DNA of 64,000 bases, from contig CAXBMO010000010.1 of the NCBI GenBank assembly GCA_963977015.1, positions 128,001-192,000 of the forward strand, in the 5' to 3' direction. The DNA comes from an uncultured bacterium (GTDB lineage: Bacteria > Verrucomicrobiota > Verrucomicrobiia > Verrucomicrobiales > DEV007). Within the stretch, counting starts at the first letter, position 1, and each line of letters opens with the position of its first letter. Of this stretch, positions 56,996 to 64,000 are shown in pieces. A program made the position numbers and the translations under genes. The notes below the pieces were generated by a model. It was not told the DNA's origin and made no database searches. It worked only from the letters and a program-made list of their open reading frames with translations.

Positions 56996-58588
56996 ATGAA
57001 AACCCTCTCTTCCCTGATGGTGCTTCTGGCATTGGCAATTGGTGTAACGAAAGCTGATGATCGCCCCAACATTCTTTTCATCTTCACCGATGATCATGCG
57101 CCGCACGCGATTGGCGCTTATAACGGTTGGCTCAAATCGGTGAATCCCACTCCGGTGATCGATCGGTTGGCGGCTGAGGGAATGATCTTCGAAAACAGTT
57201 TTTGCACGAACTCCATTTGTGGACCGAGCCGGGCAGTCATTCAGACCGGTAAGCACAGCCACAAAAACGGATTCATGAACAACGGGAACTCGTTTGATTG
57301 GAATCAGCAGACGTTTCCGAAGTTGTTGCAAAAGGCCGGGTATCAAACTGCGATTTACGGGAAGAGCCACCTTAAAGGGAAGCCCCAGGGATTTGATGAT
57401 TGGAAGGTCCTTCCCGGCCAGGGACTCTACTACAACCCGGATTTTTTGACCGAAGAGGGGAAAGTTACCATTGAGGGATATTGCACGGACATCGTCACGG
57501 ACATGGGGGTGAACTACTTGAAGAACCTGCGCGATCCGAAGAAGCCTTTTATGCTGATGGTTCAACACAAGGCGCCACACCGGAACTGGATGCCGGCTCC
57601 GCGTCATCTTAATCTGTATGATGATATCGATATTCCTGAGCCTGCGACGTTGTTCGATAAGTGGGAAGACAACACGTTCGCGGCTCGCCGACAGGAACTT
57701 GAGATCGATCGGCACATGGACCTCAACTACGATCTGTTTGTTGATTTAACTCCGGAGTTTAGCCAGGAGGCATCTCAGAAGCGTCAGGATCGTTCGGCCT
57801 GGAACAATTTGAAGCGGTTTACGCCGGAGCAGTTGAAAACTTGGCGCGATGCCTATGGACCGAAGGATGCAGCGTTTCATGCAGCCAATCTGAGTGGCGA
57901 AGATCTGGTGCGGTGGAAGTTTCAGCGTTATGCAAAGAACTATCTGCGCTGCGTGAAAGGTGTCGATGAAAGCGTTGAAAGGCTGATGGGCACGTTGGAT
58001 GAACTGGGAATCGCTGAGAATACGATCGTGATTTACAGCAGTGATCAGGGCTTTTACATCGGTGACCACGGTTGGTACGATAAACGGTGGATGTATGAAG
58101 AGTCGCTTAAAATGCCGTTTGTCATCAAATGGCCTGGAGTGATCGAGCCTGGGTCACGAAATCAGCATTTAATTCAGAATTTGGACTATGCTTCTACCTT
58201 TCTTGAGGTGGCGGGGGCTCCCATCCCGCAGGATCTGCAGGGGCTATCGTTGGTGCCACTTCTGAAAGGCGAAAGTCCCTCCGATTGGCGCAAGTCGATC
58301 TATTACCATTATTACGAATATCCGAGCGTCCACATGATCCCACGCCATTTTGGGATTCGAACCGACCGTTACAAACTCATGAAGTTCTACCAGTTTGGAG
58401 AAGAATGGGAGTTTTACGATTTGGAAACCGACCCGGACGAGCTGACGAATCAGTTTAACAATCCAGAATATGCTGGGAAGATTGCCGAAGTGAAAGCGCA
58501 GCTGGCGGCGCTTCAGGAGCATTACGAGGAGGACAGCGACCTCTCAGCCAAACCTGCGGAATGGCAGGCAAAGTATCGGGGAGAATAG
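56996..58588 (+). CDS. Secreted Cys-type (formylglycine) sulfatase
   Basis: Signal peptide, RPNILFIFTDD, CGPSRAVIQTG, GKSHL, SSDQG, DKRWMYEES. Confidence 0.95.
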   Translation: MKTLSSLMVLLALAIGVTKADDRPNILFIFTDDHAPHAIGAYNGWLKSVNPTPVIDRLAAEGMIFENSFCTNSICGPSRAVIQTGKHSHKNGFMNNGNSFDWNQQTFPKLLQKAGYQTAIYGKSHLKGKPQGFDDWKVLPGQGLYYNPDFLTEEGKVTIEGYCTDIVTDMGVNYLKNLRDPKKPFMLMVQHKAPHRNWMPAPRHLNLYDDIDIPEPATLFDKWEDNTFAARRQELEIDRHMDLNYDLFVDLTPEFSQEASQKRQDRSAWNNLKRFTPEQLKTWRDAYGPKDAAFHAANLSGEDLVRWKFQRYAKNYLRCVKGVDESVERLMGTLDELGIAENTIVIYSSDQGFYIGDHGWYDKRWMYEESLKMPFVIKWPGVIEPGSRNQHLIQNLDYASTFLEVAGAPIPQDLQGLSLVPLLKGESPSDWRKSIYYHYYEYPSVHMIPRHFGIRTDRYKLMKFYQFGEEWEFYDLETDPDELTNQFNNPEYAGKIAEVKAQLAALQEHYEEDSDLSAKPAEWQAKYRGE

Positions 58589-58618
58589 ATCGACCGGGTG
58601 GATCTTACTCCGGTTCGT

Positions 58619-59827
58619 TTAATCGGACCGGAGCGCCCAATCGACCAAAACCCGGGTGTCCTTGAAGATCCAGGAGTCGGTGCTGCGGAGAACGACAACG
58701 ATGCGTTCCCGCCCGTGTTGTTCCGCGCTGGTGATGAGTCCGGTTCGAGCCTCGGGCGATTTGCCAAGTTTCATGCCGTTGCATGCGCCCATTTGCCCGA
58801 GAAGCTTGTTGGGATTGGTGGCGTAACGTGTTTGTCCTGCGATCGTTAGTTTGAGGCTTTTCGTTTTCACCGCTTCCCGAATAAAACTCTGGTGATAGCA
58901 TTCCCATGCGAGCAAGGCGAGATCCCGCGCAGTTGTCACCTGACCGGATGCATCGAGACCACCAGGGTTCTTGAAGGTGGTGTTCTTGAGTCCGAGTCGC
59001 TTGCCGCGCTCATTCATTTTCGCGACGAAAGCATCGACTGTACCCGCATTGTCCCGAGCCAAGGCCGATGCAACATCGCTACCGGATGCGATCAGGAACC
59101 ATTGGAGCAACTCAGAGCGCTGATAGGAGTCATTTGCGCGCAGTCCGGCCCGGTTGCCTTCCGCTTGAGTATCCGCCTCCACGATTTTGATCTGACGGTC
59201 CAGTTCGCCCGATTCACAGATGATCAGAGCGGTCATCAATTGCATGAGATCAGCAGCTGGGGTCAGTTCGCCTGCGTCCTTGTTGTGCAGGATGCGGCCG
59301 TTCACGGCATCAAGAACCATGGCGTGGGCTCCCACAATCGAGGGGGCATTTGGGCCGGTCCAGCGTTTCACTTTCACATCGGAGGGCGCGGAAAGCTCCT
59401 TGTTCACGGCTTCAAGAGGTGACGAAGGCGGGAGCGCGGAAATTCTCGCGGACTCGATCGCTTCCTCACGAGAATCAATGGCCGTTTTCCTTGCTTCGAT
59501 CGCGGCGCGTCGGGATTGAATCGCCCGCTCTTTTTCAGCAAGCAGACGTTCCCGTTCGGCGACTGCTCTCAAACGCTCGGTAAGTGAATCCGCCGTCATC
59601 GCGAGTGACGATTCCCATTCCTTCAGGCGCTTCTTTTCGGCGGCAAGCGGGTCTTCTTTGGATGCATCCGCCTTTTTGACCGGTGCAGGTTTGGGTTTTG
59701 GTTTGGGGGCCGGGGCTGGTTGAACCTTTTCCTTTGGCCGAACCAAGACAGGAATTCCATCCTGGTTCACGTCTTGCGCATACGAGGTGCAAACCAAAAG
59801 AATAAGGAAAATGAAGCCGGGTTTCAT
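58619..59827 (-). CDS. Peptidase S11 (D,D-carboxypeptidase) homologue with degenerate catalytic motifs
   Basis: Paralogue of the next gene; SxxK is DLMQ, SxN is SGS, KTG is KLG. Confidence 0.85.
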   Translation of the reverse strand: MKPGFIFLILLVCTSYAQDVNQDGIPVLVRPKEKVQPAPAPKPKPKPAPVKKADASKEDPLAAEKKRLKEWESSLAMTADSLTERLRAVAERERLLAEKERAIQSRRAAIEARKTAIDSREEAIESARISALPPSSPLEAVNKELSAPSDVKVKRWTGPNAPSIVGAHAMVLDAVNGRILHNKDAGELTPAADLMQLMTALIICESGELDRQIKIVEADTQAEGNRAGLRANDSYQRSELLQWFLIASGSDVASALARDNAGTVDAFVAKMNERGKRLGLKNTTFKNPGGLDASGQVTTARDLALLAWECYHQSFIREAVKTKSLKLTIAGQTRYATNPNKLLGQMGACNGMKLGKSPEARTGLITSAEQHGRERIVVVLRSTDSWIFKDTRVLVDWALRSD

Positions 59828-59841
59828 GGTGCAATTCGCGA

Positions 59842-61008
59842 TCAATCGTAGCTAAGAGCCCAATCGAGAAGGGAACGGCAATCGCGGGCCGCGACCGACG
59901 AACCACTGCAACCAAGCGCTACGATAATTCGCTCGCGGTTTCCTCTCGCTCCGCTTGCAATCAGACAGTTTTTAGAGGCAACGGTATATCCGGTTTTCAT
60001 GCCATTTGCGTCCGGATGGCGATAGGTGGAAGAGGATAGGAGCTTGTTGGTGTTGTAGGCAGTCCGGACAACGCCGTGCTCCAGAGGTAGGGTGAAGCGG
60101 ATGGTATTGATGCACTTGCGGATGAAGGGATGGTGGTAGCACTCCCAAGCAACCAGAGCCATGTCGCGTGCGGTCGAGTATTGGCCCGAGACGGTGAGGC
60201 CATGGGGATTCTTAAAGTTGGAATCCGTCATTCCCAATTCCAGCGCCCGTTGATTCATCTTTTCAGCAAATGCCTCGACGGAACCTGCGTTGTCGCGCCC
60301 CAACGCCTTGGCGACGTCATTTCCCGAGCGAACGAGGAGCCATTTGACCAGGTCGGCCCGGGAGTAGCTTTGACCCGGTCTGAATCCCAAAATGGATGGC
60401 TCCACCTGAGTGTCGACCGGCTCAATCACGACCATTTTGTCGAGGTCACCAGCTTCACAAACGAGGAGTGCGGTCATGAGCTTTTGTGTGCTCGCAACCG
60501 CGGTTCGGCTGTAGGCATTTTTGGCCTGAAGAATTCGCCCATTTCTCGCATCGATTACGATCGTATGGTTGGCGGAAACGGAGGGAGGTGGCGGCCCCTT
60601 CCATTTGGTGACTTTAGGAATGGTTTCGCGCGCCCGAACGTGCTGTTCCCGGGCCATGACCTCCATTTCCTCGTCCTCAAGTTGTGCTTCCTCCTGAGCC
60701 GCTTCCTTTTCCCGGGCTGCAAGTTTGCGCTCACGCTCAGCGAGAGTTTTTTGGCGCTGAGCTAAATTTTCGGCAAGGACTTCAAGCGACTGCTCCCACC
60801 GGACCAATTCCCGTTTTTCTGTGGCCAGCGGGTCGTTGGGATCAATTTTCGCGACGGATCGTTTCGCTTTCGCAGAGGTTCGGATGAGGACAGAGACACC
60901 ATCCTGAACGACCTCGTTTTTCTGTGAAAAGCCAAGTGTCGTTGACGCAAGCAATCCCCCGACCGCGAGAAGTCTGATGATATTCCCCGGGAGTAACTTT
61001 AAAGGCAT
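59842..61008 (-). CDS. D-alanyl-D-alanine carboxypeptidase (peptidase S11) with N-terminal coiled coil
   Basis: ASTQK, SGND, NPHGL, GMKTG. Confidence 0.92.
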   Translation of the reverse strand: MPLKLLPGNIIRLLAVGGLLASTTLGFSQKNEVVQDGVSVLIRTSAKAKRSVAKIDPNDPLATEKRELVRWEQSLEVLAENLAQRQKTLAERERKLAAREKEAAQEEAQLEDEEMEVMAREQHVRARETIPKVTKWKGPPPPSVSANHTIVIDARNGRILQAKNAYSRTAVASTQKLMTALLVCEAGDLDKMVVIEPVDTQVEPSILGFRPGQSYSRADLVKWLLVRSGNDVAKALGRDNAGSVEAFAEKMNQRALELGMTDSNFKNPHGLTVSGQYSTARDMALVAWECYHHPFIRKCINTIRFTLPLEHGVVRTAYNTNKLLSSSTYRHPDANGMKTGYTVASKNCLIASGARGNRERIIVALGCSGSSVAARDCRSLLDWALSYD

Positions 61009-61100
61009 GACATTCTGAATTGAAGCACGGCGTGGCTAGTAAACCACGAATCGCTTCGTTTGACCCAGAAAAAACACAGAAAGTTCGCGGGAAACCCGAC

Positions 61101-62609
61101 TTAGTTTGCCAGATGGACGGGGGCCTCCTGGCTTTCGTGCTCCTGCATTGCAGCTTCGGCCCATCCGACCCAGCGCATGGTCTCGCGAAGATCAGGTTCA
61201 CTTCCAGGTTTCACGATCCGGCTGCCTTGCGATGATTCGACGAAAGGCAGAACATCCGCGAGAACTTCTTCCGGTTGAAGTGCGGCCAATTCATCCGCGG
61301 AACGGATCCCTCCGCCCACCAGAATCTGCGTGTCGTGAACCAGGAGTTGGGGGATTTCGTGTGCCAACATGGCCTGGTCCTGCCAATCTTGAATGGTCTG
61401 TGCGGTGATGTAGCGCGTGGAAAGGTCTTTGGCGGCCGTCGCGGGATCGACATCAAGTAAATCCTGGACGGTGTAAATTCCAATTTTGGCGAGGCGGTCG
61501 CTGGTTTTTGGGCCGATCGATGGGGCATCGACCACATCGGCATCCAATGGTAAACCTTCTCGTGTTTGAGTTCGTGAGGTACGAGTCGCCGCTGGTGTGG
61601 TTTGGCGGGAGGCATGGGCCGACGAAACGGGTGCGGTTTGTCGAAGCGGCTCCGCCTGCGGTTCTGTTTCGTGGATCTCCAACTCGGGCGCCGGTGATGT
61701 CGGCTCATTGTCGAGCTCAGCAACCAGATCGCGAACGACACGAACATCTTCGGTGAGGTGCTTTTCGACTTTGCCGGTCTTTTTAAACTCCTTGTACATC
61801 GCCTTGACGAGACTTTGCTCTTTGGAGTCGGCCATTTTTCGGGTCACCCAGACAATGGGAATGTCCAGTGCCGCGATAATGCCCTGAAAGCTTAATCCAA
61901 CTTCTGGTGGCACCACCCCGGATTCTGCCAACGCACGATCCAGAACGCGAGCCTGAAGCATCTGTGCATAGTGAAGGAGATCCGCGATTTGCTCGCGGGA
62001 GTGTTCATCCAGCCCTGCGGGAGGATTTTTCGATCCGACTTTGAAATCGTAGTGATCAATTAAGGATTGGTAGCTTTGGTTGGAAAGCTTTGCGCCTTCA
62101 ATCACTGCGTCTTCCAGCCATCCTTCAGCTGTTCCGAGTTGCAGATCTCCCCCACAGGTGGATTGACCAATTTGGGTGCGTAACAGATCGTACGATTTGG
62201 AAATGCTCCATTCGACGGCACGGTGAATATTGGTCTCGGCCTCTGACTGAGCGGTGTGAAACGGCATCACCGGATCAGTCAAGTAGTGGCTCAAGACGCC
62301 CGCGCTGTAGCTCGCGGTGAGCCATTTGCCCTCTCCCAGCAAGGTAACGGTCTTATCATACCATTCCCTGGCTTTTTGGGGCGCGCCTCCCCAGTTGTTC
62401 TGATTCACATGAAGAACGTGATTTCGAAAGTCCTTGAACTTCTTGTCGGGAGCCTTTGAGCCCTCCAGATAGGGCGCGTGGTAATAGAGAAACAGGTTCC
62501 TCCAGTTCTCGGAATTCGGTCCCTGAAGATGACCCAGAGCATGAAATGCGAGTTTGTGGTGCGTGCCGTTGCAATAGGCAGCTTCAAGAACGTTTGAGAG
62601 GAGAGACAT
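61101..62609 (-). CDS. Zn-dependent phospholipase C/S1-P1-like domain fused to a DUF4332 (HhH) domain
   Basis: GTHHKLA, KAPD..FKDFRNHV, SHYLTDPVMPFHT, HRAVE; C-terminal DAPSIGPKTSDRL..IGIYTVQDLL. Confidence 0.75.
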   Translation of the reverse strand: MSLLSNVLEAAYCNGTHHKLAFHALGHLQGPNSENWRNLFLYYHAPYLEGSKAPDKKFKDFRNHVLHVNQNNWGGAPQKAREWYDKTVTLLGEGKWLTASYSAGVLSHYLTDPVMPFHTAQSEAETNIHRAVEWSISKSYDLLRTQIGQSTCGGDLQLGTAEGWLEDAVIEGAKLSNQSYQSLIDHYDFKVGSKNPPAGLDEHSREQIADLLHYAQMLQARVLDRALAESGVVPPEVGLSFQGIIAALDIPIVWVTRKMADSKEQSLVKAMYKEFKKTGKVEKHLTEDVRVVRDLVAELDNEPTSPAPELEIHETEPQAEPLRQTAPVSSAHASRQTTPAATRTSRTQTREGLPLDADVVDAPSIGPKTSDRLAKIGIYTVQDLLDVDPATAAKDLSTRYITAQTIQDWQDQAMLAHEIPQLLVHDTQILVGGGIRSADELAALQPEEVLADVLPFVESSQGSRIVKPGSEPDLRETMRWVGWAEAAMQEHESQEAPVHLAN

Positions 62610-62847
62610 AGCTTGTTAAGGGGGGACGAAACTTTGGTTCCCTTGACAATATGCCATTTTTGATAAATGCAATGGGCTTTTTGTAGAACCTAACAGAGCA
62701 AGAAAATGTCAGCCGCGTGGGTGATTCCCCAAGGTGGTGTGCTTGTTAACCATCTCGCTAGTCGAGCTGGTTGAACATGCCAAAGTTTGCCAATGTCAGG
62801 GTGCTGTGAATGGATCTCGAATCCATGGAGACTTGGGCCGCAGAGTG

Positions 62848-63897
62848 CTATTCACCCTCTGCCTTGAGGATGAGAACCTCAATTCGCCGATTTTCCGCAC
62901 GACCTTGTTCGGTGCCATTATCAGCTCGCGGACGAAATTCACCGTAGGCCCTGGCTTCCAGACTTTTGCCGTCAATTCCTGTTTTTTGCAGAAAATTCAC
63001 AACCGCCAGCGAGCGAGCGGAGGACAATTCCCAATTGGAGGAATGGGTACTGGATTGAATGGCGGCATTGTCAGTGTGGCCTTCCACGACAATCCGGTGG
63101 CCGTTGCTGGCGAGCAAGACTTCCGAAAGGCGACCCAGTACCTCTTGTCCACGGTCCGAAATAGTGACGGCCCCGGGCGCAAACAGATATTGATCCCGAA
63201 AACAGACCCGGACTCCTTCCTCTGCGGTGGATACCGTAACGTCATCCGCAACCGCGTCGAGATTAAGGGATGCGCGAATTGTTTCCGCAGTTTGGCTGGA
63301 TTTGGAGCGGTAGTTTATTTTGAAGACGAGGTCGTTCACATTGTAGCCGAACCACGCCAGCGTATTGTTGCGCACCCGCCATTCGTTGTGGTTCTCGCCA
63401 TTGCTGCGATTGCATTCGTAATCGACGAACTCGAAGTTGTCAGGGAGCACCCACGCAAAGACATACTGATGAAAATCGTCCGGGGCGGTCCATTCTCCAA
63501 AATGGCCATCATCGCGGGGAGGGGAGGAATCCTTGTTCCAGTTGACGTAGGTGAAGAGTCCGTCTTTTCCTTCGGTCACCTGCTCATCCGAAAATTTGCC
63601 CGGACGCATCGTGGAATAATTGCCTTGAGGAAAGACAATGATGTTCCGTTTGGGATCTGATTTCTTGTCAAACGTATACTTGTCAGGGGCGATGTAGTGA
63701 AAGGCGCCCTCTGTCTCATCCTTCTTCAGATAGAGATTGTAGGTGGGGTGGGAACTTCGCGTGGTACGATAGTTCAGATAGCTTCTTCCATCAGGTTTGA
63801 GGAAGAAGATGTTCTCGGTAATGGTCTCGGCGCCTGCTTGAATGGAAAGCAGGAACAACAAGCAGAAAACGAGGCAGGAAGAGATAGCCGGAGGCAT
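62848..63897 (-). CDS. Secreted protein with a C-terminal OmpA/MotB-like peptidoglycan-binding domain
   Basis: Signal peptide; VEGHTDN, SNWELSSARS, GRAENRRIEV. Confidence 0.85.
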   Translation of the reverse strand: MPPAISSCLVFCLLFLLSIQAGAETITENIFFLKPDGRSYLNYRTTRSSHPTYNLYLKKDETEGAFHYIAPDKYTFDKKSDPKRNIIVFPQGNYSTMRPGKFSDEQVTEGKDGLFTYVNWNKDSSPPRDDGHFGEWTAPDDFHQYVFAWVLPDNFEFVDYECNRSNGENHNEWRVRNNTLAWFGYNVNDLVFKINYRSKSSQTAETIRASLNLDAVADDVTVSTAEEGVRVCFRDQYLFAPGAVTISDRGQEVLGRLSEVLLASNGHRIVVEGHTDNAAIQSSTHSSNWELSSARSLAVVNFLQKTGIDGKSLEARAYGEFRPRADNGTEQGRAENRRIEVLILKAEGE

Positions 63898-64000
63898 TGC
63901 GGTGAGGACTGGATTGCCGATAGAAAGAACTCGCACAGAGATTGGACGTTGGGAAGTGCCTGAATGGCAAAAATCTTCTCAAAACTTCCTACCAGATGCA

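Noticed and set aside
62848-63897. Flagellar stator MotB
   Set aside because: No N-terminal TM with the conserved Asp and no motility genes in the window
1-64000. CRISPR array, prophage, transposase or defence island
   Set aside because: No regularly spaced direct repeats and no cas, phage, integrase or transposase motifs seen; intergenic gaps are all under about 270 nt

Overview
Chromosomal window from a bacterium of moderately high GC. It is most likely Verrucomicrobia/PVC, inferred from a planctomycete-type cytochrome c with an SHD1 domain, a DUF3568 lipoprotein, a Cys-type sulfatase and a long-form IspG. About 50 tightly packed CDSs are mostly housekeeping or envelope genes (purU, DAHP synthase, rpmE-prfA-prmC-murA, rlmI-like, glgA/glgM, ABC-F, rseP-ispG, cimA). 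I found no prophage, integrase, transposase, CRISPR array or rRNA. Several of the best signals lie outside the ORF track. (1) An unannotated 11-codon leader ORF, MPFALRISIII*, followed by a structured, terminator-less region with alternative pairings, sits upstream of citramalate synthase cimA and is a candidate isoleucine-sensing ribosome-dependent switch. (2) A tRNA-Leu carries the rare A34 anticodon AAG. (3) An arfABC-like envelope operon encodes a 1438-aa protein (BON + 10 tandem ArfA-B-like repeats + OmpA) and an acidic partner with three HhH-like repeats, next to a CHASE2 adenylate cyclase and an orphan TpsB barrel. (4) In a tandem D,D-carboxypeptidase pair, one copy has lost all three catalytic motifs. 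(5) A 207-bp MITE-like element supplies the stop codons of both flanking genes. All family assignments come from motif recognition by eye; no database searches were run.
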